This document shows, one piece after another, positions 10,989 to 18,793 of a stretch of DNA of 32,000 nt (positions are counted from its first letter, which is position 1; the number at the start of each line of letters is the position of its first letter). The DNA is taken from contig OY776328.1 in the NCBI GenBank assembly GCA_963675515.1, positions 1,020,001 through 1,052,000 of the forward strand, written 5' to 3'. Below the pieces are notes generated by a model, which saw only the letters and a list, made by a program, of their open reading frames with translations, was not told where the DNA came from and ran no database searches. This DNA comes from Coprobacillaceae bacterium (lineage in GTDB: Bacteria; Bacillota_I; Bacilli_A; Erysipelotrichales; Coprobacillaceae). Position numbers and translations under genes: made by a program.

Positions 10989-13186
10989 AACTTAAGAAAT
11001 TTTACGGCCGCTACCTGGTCGCCATCATCCTGTGTCTGGGAATGCTGGTGGTTCAGGCCAAGGGGCAATTGGATCTGCCGGACATGATGTCCCAGATCGT
11101 CACTACCGGAATCCAGTCCGGGGGGAATGAGGATCTTGTTCCCGAACTGATCGATACGACAACTTACGAACACTTGCAAACAGTGCTCCTTGATGCTACG
11201 TCGTTAAAATCAAGCTATGAATATGTCACCAATGGTGACCTTGAAGCCAGCCTGCAGGACAAGTATCCCGACTTCACGTCCGGATATCTGCTAAAGGATC
11301 TTCCAGGCGAAAACCAGAGCGCCCTGGAAGATGAGATGGCAGTTGCTTTGGTTCTGGTCAATATGATTGACAACAACCCCGACCAGGCTGAAGCTTTGCT
11401 GGAGATGACACAAGGGATGGATTTCTATGTCTTCATGTCGGTGCTTGATGACACCCAGAAGGCGGCATTTATTGATTCATTTTCAAGTCAGCTGACCCAG
11501 ATGGGTGAGTCGACCATGAACCTGGCGGTCAGCGGCGCGGTTCTTGATTTCTATGAGAGCATGGGTGCCAACGGCGCGACAATACAGAGCGACTATGTCC
11601 TGGGCAAGGGCATCGAGATGCTCGGGGTGACCCTGCTTGTTACCGTGGCGACCATCCTGGGCGGCCTGTTTTCGGCCCGGGTCGGAGCTGGAGTGGCCAA
11701 GGACATCCGCAAGGCTGTCTTCGAGAAAGTGGCCCGGTTCTCGCAAAACGAATTCAACCATTTCTCTACTGCGTCGCTGATCACCCGGACGACCAATGAC
11801 ATCACCCAGGTGCAAAACGTCGTAATCATGCTTCTGCGGATTGCGATGTTCGCGCCGATCATGGGGGTCATGGCCATCTTCAAAGCGGTAAATTTCGCTC
11901 CGTCGATGACCTGGATTGTCTGGCTGGTTCTCGCAGTCCTGCTTGTGATCATCATCTCAACTTTCGCCATAGTGTTGCCAAAGTTCAAGGTGGTCCAAAA
12001 GCTTGTCGACAAAATCAACCTGGTAATGCGGGAAAATCTCAGCGGTCTACTGGTCATCCGTGCCTTTTCCAACGAGGACGTGGCCAAAAGCCGTTTCGAG
12101 GATGCCAACAAGGACCTGCTCGATGTCAACCTGTTCGTCAATCGTGTTATGGGCGCCCTGATGCCAATCATGATGTTCATCTTCAATGCGACCACATTGC
12201 TTGTCATTTTCTACGGGGCCAAGGAAGCGGATACCGGTTCGATCGCCATCGGCCAGATCATGGCTTTCATGCAGTATGCGATGCAGATATTGATGTCATT
12301 TTTGATGCTTGCGATGATCTTTTTCATGGTGCCCCGGGCTTCGGTGGCATCAAAGCGGATCAGCGAGGTCCTGGAGTTGCCAGTCGAAATAACCGACCCG
12401 GCTGCGCCGCGGAATTTCAAGGATGACAAGAAGGGCAGCCTGGAATTCGAGAATGTCACTTACTGCTATCCCCATGCCAATGAGGCGGTGCTAAGCGATA
12501 TCTCTTTCAAGGTCGCACCCCGGCAGGTTACGGCCATCATCGGCTCGACCGGTTCGGGTAAATCGACGCTGATCAATCTGATTCCTCGTCTGATCGACGC
12601 GACTGTCGGTGTGGTCAAGGTCAACGGAATCGATGTTGCCAAGGTGAAGCAGCACGAACTGCGCGAAGCCATCGGCATGGTGCCTCAAAATGCGAAACTT
12701 TTCTCCGGAACGATCAGGGAGAACATCAAATACGGCAATGACAGCCTGAATGATGACCAGATCCGGGAAATTTTGGAAACGGCCCAGGCCTGGGACTTCG
12801 TTTCAGCGATGCCCGATGGTATCGATACACAGGTGGCCCAGGGGGGAAGCAACTTCTCCGGCGGGCAGAAACAGCGGCTCGCTATCGCCCGGGCCCTGGC
12901 CAAAGAGGCTGACATATACATCTTCGATGATTCTTTTTCCGCTCTCGATTTCAAGACTGATGCCATTTTGCGGGCCAAACTCAACGAGATGCTTGAAAAG
13001 AAAAAAGCGGCGGTATTGATTGTGGGACAGCGGATTGCCTCGATCATGCACGCCAACCAGATTGTGGTATTGGACAAAGGTAAAATTGTGGGTATCGGTA
13101 CCCACAAGCAGCTTTTGGCAGACTGTCAGGTTTACCAGGAAATAGCCGCATCTCAACTTTCAAAGGAGGAACTTGAACGTGGATAA
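10982..13186 (+). CDS. ABC exporter half-transporter (TMD-NBD) with a large insertion in extracellular loop 1 and a degenerate Walker B
   Basis: Walker A GSTGSGKST, signature FSGGQKQR, Walker B IYIFDDS (Asp where the catalytic Glu normally sits). 734 aa, with about 160 extra residues between TM1 and TM2. ATG overlaps the MarR stop. Confidence 0.9.
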   Translation: MLKLKKFYGRYLVAIILCLGMLVVQAKGQLDLPDMMSQIVTTGIQSGGNEDLVPELIDTTTYEHLQTVLLDATSLKSSYEYVTNGDLEASLQDKYPDFTSGYLLKDLPGENQSALEDEMAVALVLVNMIDNNPDQAEALLEMTQGMDFYVFMSVLDDTQKAAFIDSFSSQLTQMGESTMNLAVSGAVLDFYESMGANGATIQSDYVLGKGIEMLGVTLLVTVATILGGLFSARVGAGVAKDIRKAVFEKVARFSQNEFNHFSTASLITRTTNDITQVQNVVIMLLRIAMFAPIMGVMAIFKAVNFAPSMTWIVWLVLAVLLVIIISTFAIVLPKFKVVQKLVDKINLVMRENLSGLLVIRAFSNEDVAKSRFEDANKDLLDVNLFVNRVMGALMPIMMFIFNATTLLVIFYGAKEADTGSIAIGQIMAFMQYAMQILMSFLMLAMIFFMVPRASVASKRISEVLELPVEITDPAAPRNFKDDKKGSLEFENVTYCYPHANEAVLSDISFKVAPRQVTAIIGSTGSGKSTLINLIPRLIDATVGVVKVNGIDVAKVKQHELREAIGMVPQNAKLFSGTIRENIKYGNDSLNDDQIREILETAQAWDFVSAMPDGIDTQVAQGGSNFSGGQKQRLAIARALAKEADIYIFDDSFSALDFKTDAILRAKLNEMLEKKKAAVLIVGQRIASIMHANQIVVLDKGKIVGIGTHKQLLADCQVYQEIAASQLSKEELERG

Positions 13187-15020
13187 GAACAAAAGACAAG
13201 GACCTCGAGGCGGGGGCGGAATGCACCATGGCCTAGGTCAAGGTGAAAAAGCTAAAAATCTCAAACAGGCATTAGGGAAAATCATGGCGTACTTGAGGCC
13301 ATATTCGCTCAAGCTTTTAGTTGTCCTTGTTTTCGGGATAATCGCGACGATATTCTCGATTGTCGGGCCTAAGATCCTGGCGGGAGCTACCGATGAGATG
13401 GTCAACGGGATCATCGCCAAGATCCAGGGCACCGGAGGGATCGACTTTGACAAGATCGGCCAGATTGTCTTGCTTCTTGCGGGCTTGTATCTTGTCTCGA
13501 TGGCATTCAGTTTCATCCAGGCATGGGTGGTGACCGATGTCGCGCAGAAGGTTTCCTACAACCTGCGCAATGAGATCAACGAGAAAGTCGCCCGGCTTCC
13601 TCTCAAATACTTCGACGTCCATCCTTTGGGTGACACCCTTTCAAGGGTTACCAACGATGTCGACACCCTGGCCCAGTCATTGAACCAGGCGCTCACCCAG
13701 ATTGTCAACTCGACGATAACTGTCATCGGGGTAGTCGTGATGATGTTCACGATATCATACCAGATGACCCTGATTTCTATTATCGTGATTCCGGTAAGTT
13801 TCGTATTGATCGCTGTTGTGATGAGATTCTCGCAGAAGTATTTCACGGCGCAACAGGAATCGCTTGGTGGCGTCAACGGCCAGATCGAGGAAATCTATGG
13901 CAATCACCTGATTGTCAAGGCATACAATGGCGAACAAAAGGCCATAACCGCCTTCAACAGATACAATGATGAGCTCTACGATTCGGCCTGGATTTCCCAG
14001 TTCTTTTCCGGGCTGATGCGTCCGATCACAGTTTTCGTGGGCAATGTCGGCTACGTGGCGGTCACCCTGGTGGGCGGATATCTTGCCCATGGGGGAACGA
14101 TCACCATCGGTGATATCCAGGCGTTCATCCAGTATGTCAACCAGATCAACCAGCCAATCGGGCAGATTGCCCAGACGATGAGTCTGCTCCAATCGACCGG
14201 TGCCGCAGCTGAGCGGATCTTCGAATTCCTTGAGGAAAGCGAAATGGCCGAGTCGGTTACGACCATCTCACAGAATGATTACGACAGCATTCAAGGACAT
14301 GTCCAGTTCGATAATGTCAACTTCGGCTACAATGAAGGGACGACCATCATCAACGATTTCACCATGGATATCAGTGCCGGTGAGACCGTGGCGATCGTTG
14401 GACCGACAGGAGCGGGTAAGACGACCATCGTCAAGTTGCTGATGCGCTTCTACGAGCTCAATGGCGGATCGATCAAAATCGACGGTCACGATATCAAGGA
14501 CCTGTCATACCACGACTTGCGTGATCTGTTCGGGATGGTGTTGCAGGACACCTGGCTTTTCAACGGCACAATCAAGGATAACCTGAAATACGGCAAACTT
14601 GAAGCCAGCGAACAGGAAATCGAACAGGCAGCCAAACTGGCTTACGTCGACCACTTCGTCAACACTCTCGAAGCGGGGATGGATACCGAGATCAATGAGG
14701 ATTCCTCGAATATCTCCCAGGGGCAAAAGCAGCTCCTTACCATCGCCCGGGCTTTCTTGAAGGATCCTAAGATCCTGATTCTCGATGAGGCGACATCATC
14801 AGTCGATACCCGGACCGAAGTATTGATCCAGAAGGGGATGGAACGGCTGATGGAAGGACGAACCAGCTTTATCATCGCCCACCGTCTTTCGACAATCCGC
14901 AACGCTTCCAAGATCATCGTCCTCGACCAGGGTGATGTGGTGGAAGTGGGATCCCACGACCAGCTTATGGCCAACAACGGGTTCTATGCGAATCTTTACA
15001 ATTCCCAATTTGCATCTTAA
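13179..15020 (+). CDS. ABC exporter half-transporter (TMD-NBD), partner subunit with a canonical Walker B
   Basis: Walker A GPTGAGKTT, signature ISQGQKQ (non-canonical), Walker B ILILDEATSSVD. I prefer GTG 13179 (9 nt after AAGGAGG 13163-13169) to the listed TTG 13173. Overlaps the upstream gene. Confidence 0.88.
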   Translation: MDKNKRQGPRGGGGMHHGLGQGEKAKNLKQALGKIMAYLRPYSLKLLVVLVFGIIATIFSIVGPKILAGATDEMVNGIIAKIQGTGGIDFDKIGQIVLLLAGLYLVSMAFSFIQAWVVTDVAQKVSYNLRNEINEKVARLPLKYFDVHPLGDTLSRVTNDVDTLAQSLNQALTQIVNSTITVIGVVVMMFTISYQMTLISIIVIPVSFVLIAVVMRFSQKYFTAQQESLGGVNGQIEEIYGNHLIVKAYNGEQKAITAFNRYNDELYDSAWISQFFSGLMRPITVFVGNVGYVAVTLVGGYLAHGGTITIGDIQAFIQYVNQINQPIGQIAQTMSLLQSTGAAAERIFEFLEESEMAESVTTISQNDYDSIQGHVQFDNVNFGYNEGTTIINDFTMDISAGETVAIVGPTGAGKTTIVKLLMRFYELNGGSIKIDGHDIKDLSYHDLRDLFGMVLQDTWLFNGTIKDNLKYGKLEASEQEIEQAAKLAYVDHFVNTLEAGMDTEINEDSSNISQGQKQLLTIARAFLKDPKILILDEATSSVDTRTEVLIQKGMERLMEGRTSFIIAHRLSTIRNASKIIVLDQGDVVEVGSHDQLMANNGFYANLYNSQFAS

Positions 15021-15045
15021 AGCGAGTGACCCTCGCTTTTTTTTC
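15019..15045 (+). terminator. Intrinsic terminator after the ABC operon
   Basis: AAGCGAG-tgacc-CTCGCTT followed by TTTTTT. Confidence 0.7.
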
Positions 15046-15064
15046 GACTTGAGGGTGGGCCAAA

Positions 15065-15093
15065 TTGACAAAGGTGGCGCTCTGTGCTACAAT
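15065..15093 (+). promoter_or_regulatory. Consensus sigma-A promoter driving the riboswitch/folate operon
   Basis: TTGACA (15065-15070), exactly 17 nt, TACAAT (15088-15093). This places the transcription start just before the riboswitch. Confidence 0.75.
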
Positions 15094-15100
15094 TTTTTAG

Positions 15101-15200
15101 CACAGAGTAGAGACAAGTACGTGAAGTGTTTGATGGACGGGGAGTTGTCATCAAAACGAAAGGTAATCCTGCGATATTTGTCTTGCATCCCGCTGGAATC
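15101..15200 (+). promoter_or_regulatory. THF (tetrahydrofolate) class-I riboswitch aptamer
   Basis: Conserved blocks appear in the correct order: AGAGTAG (15104-15110), ACGTGAAGTG, GATGGACGGGGAG, AACGAAAGG, TTGCATCCCGCTGG. Supporting helices are AGACAAGTA (15111-15119) with TATTTGTCT (15175-15183), and TTTGATG with CATCAAA. It is nearly collinear with the crystallised Eubacterium siraeum THF aptamer as I remember it. Confidence 0.85.
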
Positions 15201-15212
15201 TGAATTTTTACG

Positions 15213-15238
15213 GGATGGGTGAAAACCCGTCCTTTTTA
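15213..15238 (+). terminator. Riboswitch expression-platform terminator
   Basis: GGATGGGT-gaaa-ACCCGTCC (8 bp, GNRA loop) followed by TTTTT, between the aptamer and the first gene. Confidence 0.75.
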
Positions 15239-15277
15239 ATACAGTACTCCAATTGGAAGTTGGAAAGGAGTGTTTCG

Positions 15278-15757
15278 ATGATGGAACGCGTCGATTTGAT
15301 TATCAACCATCCTGAGTTCATCAGGATTATGACCAAGCTTAAAAAGGTGGAAAAAAACCGCGAGTACTGCATCCATGATCTCGAACATCTGATGAATGTC
15401 GCCAGGATCATGACTATCAAAAACATCGAGGAGAATCTGGGATTCGACAAGGAAATCATCTACGCCGTTGCCCTGCTCCATGATATCGGCAAGCTGCACC
15501 AGTACAAGACCAAGGAGAAACACGCCCCCTATGGAGCGATACTTGCAAAGCAAATCCTGCGCGACTGCAATTTCAATGATGAAGAGGTGGCGAAGATGAC
15601 CCAGGCGATAAAAACCCACAGTGACGAGCTGCCAACCAATCCCTTAGGCGAGCTGCTTCGCACCAGCGACAAGCTCTCGCGCAACTGTTTTCTATGCCCC
15701 GCCAGGGACAAGTGCAACTGGGACGAAAAGAAGAAAAACAAAGGAATAACCATATGA
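15278..15757 (+). CDS. HD-domain metal-dependent phosphohydrolase, first gene of the folate operon
   Basis: Start moved to ATG 15278 (RBS AAGGAG 15264-15269), because the listed 15215 start lies inside the terminator. HD signature residues (IHDLEH, ALLHDIGK, KTHSD, TSD). C-terminal CFLCPARDKC cysteine cluster. Its stop overlaps the folP start (ATGA). Confidence 0.8.
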   Translation: MMERVDLIINHPEFIRIMTKLKKVEKNREYCIHDLEHLMNVARIMTIKNIEENLGFDKEIIYAVALLHDIGKLHQYKTKEKHAPYGAILAKQILRDCNFNDEEVAKMTQAIKTHSDELPTNPLGELLRTSDKLSRNCFLCPARDKCNWDEKKKNKGITI

Positions 15758-16566
15758 TCATAAAAAACAGAGAATTCGACACCACAAACAACCATTACAT
15801 CATGGGAATTGTCAACCTGACCCCGGACTCATTCTCCGATGGGGGCAAGTACAACGGTCTTGACCAGGCGCTTGATCGGATCGCTCACATGATAGAAAAC
15901 GGAGCATCAATCATCGATATTGGCGGGGAATCGACCCGGCCAGGCCACGTCCAGATATCCGATGAGGAAGAAATCAGCCGGATCATGCCGCTGCTAAAAG
16001 CGATCAGGGAACGCTTCGACATCCCGGTTTCGCTGGACACCTACAAGCCCGGCGTGGTCAAGGCGGCGCTAGGCTACATCGACATGGTCAATGATGTCCA
16101 GGGTCTAAAATACGACCCGGAAATGGCCCGTGTCATCGCGCAAAACAACCTTTGTGTCTGCATCATGCATAACCGCAACAACCAGGATTACGATGACTTC
16201 TGGAATGACCTGATAGAAGACCTTAAGGAAAGCCTGGCCATTGCCAAAGCGGCCGGAATTCTTGATGAGCAGATTATGCTCGACGGAGGGGTCGGTTTCG
16301 CCAAGGATTACACCCAGAATCTTGTGACCATCAACCGGACACAGGAGCTGGTGGCTTTGGGATATCCCGTGCTTATCGCCACTTCGAAAAAAGGCTTCAT
16401 CGGCCAGATCACCGGCAGCCCGGTTGACCAGCGCACCGCCGGAACCGTTGCGACAACTGTCATCGGGGCCATGAAAGGCGCATCGTTTTTCCGGGTCCAC
16501 GATGTCAAGGAAAACAGTGATGCCTTGAAGATGGTCAAGGCCATCACAAGTGAAATCATCTTTTAG
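15754..16566 (+). CDS. folP: Dihydropteroate synthase
   Basis: Start at ATG 15754. Motifs GIVNLTPDSFSDGG, IIDIGGESTRPG, SLDTYK, GVGFAKD and RVHDV. Confidence 0.92.
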   Translation: MIIKNREFDTTNNHYIMGIVNLTPDSFSDGGKYNGLDQALDRIAHMIENGASIIDIGGESTRPGHVQISDEEEISRIMPLLKAIRERFDIPVSLDTYKPGVVKAALGYIDMVNDVQGLKYDPEMARVIAQNNLCVCIMHNRNNQDYDDFWNDLIEDLKESLAIAKAAGILDEQIMLDGGVGFAKDYTQNLVTINRTQELVALGYPVLIATSKKGFIGQITGSPVDQRTAGTVATTVIGAMKGASFFRVHDVKENSDALKMVKAITSEIIF

Positions 16567-16576
16567 AGGAGAAGTT

Positions 16577-17389
16577 ATGGACAAGATAAAATTGCATGGG
16601 CTGAGTTTCTTCGCCCATCATGGCGTATATGAAGAAGAACAGATCAACGGTCAGGAATTCGTCATCGACTGCGAGTTCTCCATCGACACAAGCAACTGTG
16701 GCGACGATCTGGAAAGGACTGTCAATTACGGGGCGGTGGCCAAGGACATTGTCGATTTTTCCACCACAAACCGGTATGACCTGCTTGAAAGTCTGGCCAA
16801 CAACCTGGCCAGATTCCTGCTCACTAAATATGACCTGATGGAGGAGTTGACATTGACGGTGCACAAGCCCCATGCCCCCATCAAGACTCCTTTCACTGAT
16901 GTGACTTTGACGATCACCCGTCAGTGGGTCACGGTCTTTCTGGCGACCGGATCTAACCTGGGCGATCGTGAGGCCAACCTTGACTTAATTGTCGACCTTA
17001 TCGAAAAGGATCCTAATATCATCCTGGTGGAAAAATCCAGCTACCTGGAAACCCTGCCTTATGGCGTGGTAGACCAGCCCGACTTTCTCAACGGGGTTAT
17101 CAAGGTAAGAACGATATACACGCCTTACCAACTTCTGGATTTCTGCCACCAGGTCGAAGATCAGGCTGGACGGGTCCGCAAAAGAAGATGGGGCGAACGG
17201 ACCCTTGATGTGGACATCCTCACATTCGGGGATCAGGTAATCTACAAAGATGATCTCAAGATCCCCCATCCTGAGATGCATCTGCGGGATTTCGTTTTGA
17301 AACCGCTTAGCGAGATTGAACCGTATCTAATCCATCCGATCTTGAAAAAAGATGTGACCACGCTTTTAAGAAAGCTTGAAAAACAGTAG
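16577..17389 (+). CDS. folB-folK: Bifunctional dihydroneopterin aldolase / 2-amino-4-hydroxy-6-hydroxymethyldihydropteridine pyrophosphokinase
   Basis: Start at ATG 16577 (RBS AGAGGAG). FolB part: IKLHGLSFFAHHGVYEEEQINGQEFVID ... TVHKPHAP. FolK part: VFLATGSNLGDR, DQPDFLNGV, RWGERTLDVDIL and PHPEMHLRDFVL. Confidence 0.9.
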   Translation: MDKIKLHGLSFFAHHGVYEEEQINGQEFVIDCEFSIDTSNCGDDLERTVNYGAVAKDIVDFSTTNRYDLLESLANNLARFLLTKYDLMEELTLTVHKPHAPIKTPFTDVTLTITRQWVTVFLATGSNLGDREANLDLIVDLIEKDPNIILVEKSSYLETLPYGVVDQPDFLNGVIKVRTIYTPYQLLDFCHQVEDQAGRVRKRRWGERTLDVDILTFGDQVIYKDDLKIPHPEMHLRDFVLKPLSEIEPYLIHPILKKDVTTLLRKLEKQ

Positions 17390-17390
17390 G

Positions 17391-17425
17391 ACGACTCTGG
17401 TTGAACCAGGTCGTTTTTCTTTTTC
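17391..17425 (+). terminator. Intrinsic terminator after the folate operon
   Basis: ACGACtCTGG-ttgaa-CCAGGTCGT (one bulge) followed by TTTTTCTTTTT. Confidence 0.75.
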
Positions 17426-17712
17426 TATGCCGAACATTTGTATATCTTCATGCATTGGCCCGCCTAATGAATGAATTCAAGCTTTTTTGACGTTAACAGT
17501 TGTATTTGTTGTGAAAAACAACTAAAGTGTTTATAATGGAGTTAAAGGAGACTTAAAAAATCAAAGCGGTGAGTCATATTATTCAACCACATCGAAGAAA
17601 TCGATTTCATTTGGATTGTGGCTCGTTTAATGAGGTGGACTTGGCCTAAACAGATGCTTTGGTTTTTAAGGATCGGACATTTTTCGAAATTGAAAGAGGC
17701 GGGTGGGTTATT

Positions 17713-18756
17713 ATGAATGTGGAAATTATCAATGTCGGAACGGAACTGCTTTTAGGGGAAATAGTAAATACCAACGCCACCTATCTCCAAAAGATGTGCA
17801 AGGAGTTGGGATTCGATGTGTATTTCCAACAGACTGTCGGCGACAATCCCGATCGGGTCAAGCAGGCATTGGATGTGGCATTTTCCCGGGGGGCTGACTG
17901 TGTCATCACCACCGGTGGCCTGGGGCCGACACAGGACGACCTTACCAAGGAGATAGCCACCGACTATCTGGGGCTCAACCTGGTCTATGACAAGGAACAG
18001 GCGGCAACGGTCATGGCCAAGATGCTTTTCTTGACCAAGGGACAGGAAGTCACCTCGAACAATCTCAAGCAGGCCTTCTTTCCCGAAGGGGCCCATATTC
18101 TGGAAAATGCGGTGGGAACTGCCAATGGCTGCATTATGAAAAGTGGCGGCCGGATGATCATCAACCTGCCCGGACCGCCAAAGGAGCTGCGTTATCTGGT
18201 CGACAGCCAGCTCAAGGATTACTTGAAACAGTATCGCCAGGCCCGGATATACACCAAGGACATCCACACTTTGGGTATTGGCGAAAGCAAGGTGGCCCAT
18301 ATCCTGGAGGATATCATCAACAACCAGAACGGAGTTTCGATTGCCCTTTACGCATCGGAAATTTCGGTGCGGGTCCGGCTTGGCTACAAGGCGCTCACCA
18401 AGGAAGAGGCTTACGGCCATATCGCCAAGATCGAGCAGGAAATCATCGCCAAACTGAAGGATAACGTTGTCGAGAATCTGGATCTTAGGAAATACATCTA
18501 TGACCATATTCCACCGTACACCATCAATCTGCCTGAAGACTGCGAACTGTTCATCAAACCGATCGGTCCGGTCCATGGTAACGATCTGGTCGTGAACATA
18601 ACGAAAAAAGAGTATCCACTAGGGGAGGAGCTCAAACTCGACATCTTCAACCAGGGTGAGAAGTTCATAACGAAAATCCGTTATCTGGGCCACTCCAGCT
18701 ACTCGAAAGAAAAGATCGAACATCGGATTCTCGAAGCGATTGCCAAAATACTTTAA
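17713..18756 (+). CDS. cinA: CinA-like protein: MoCF-binding domain plus KH-like domain, lacking a recognisable PncC deamidase domain
   Basis: Start at ATG 17713. N-terminus VEIINVGTELLLGEIVNTNATYL, TTGGLGPTQDDLTKE and NLPGPPKEL are typical of CinA. No ESCTGG-type motif is present in the C-terminal part. Confidence 0.8.
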   Translation: MNVEIINVGTELLLGEIVNTNATYLQKMCKELGFDVYFQQTVGDNPDRVKQALDVAFSRGADCVITTGGLGPTQDDLTKEIATDYLGLNLVYDKEQAATVMAKMLFLTKGQEVTSNNLKQAFFPEGAHILENAVGTANGCIMKSGGRMIINLPGPPKELRYLVDSQLKDYLKQYRQARIYTKDIHTLGIGESKVAHILEDIINNQNGVSIALYASEISVRVRLGYKALTKEEAYGHIAKIEQEIIAKLKDNVVENLDLRKYIYDHIPPYTINLPEDCELFIKPIGPVHGNDLVVNITKKEYPLGEELKLDIFNQGEKFITKIRYLGHSSYSKEKIEHRILEAIAKIL

Positions 18757-18790
18757 AAGCTCCAGGACAATTTCTTGTTCAGGAGCTTTT
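18755..18790. terminator. Bidirectional terminator between the convergent cinA-like and LysR genes
   Basis: AAAAGCTCC ... GGAGCTTTT with A-tract and T-tract flanks, so it can function on either strand. Confidence 0.75.
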
Positions 18791-18793
18791 TAT

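Noticed and set aside
13173-13178. The listed TTG start for the second ABC gene.
   Set aside because: TTG 13173 is only 3 nt from the AAGGAGG RBS, whereas GTG 13179 has normal spacing. The difference is 2 codons and remains uncertain.
17569-17652. Possible 27-codon leader peptide (GTG SHIIQPHRRNRFHLDCGSFNEVDLA) upstream of the cinA-like gene.
   Set aside because: The nearest Shine-Dalgarno (AAGGAG 17547-17552) is 16 nt from the GTG, and there is no supporting feature. Not reported as a gene.
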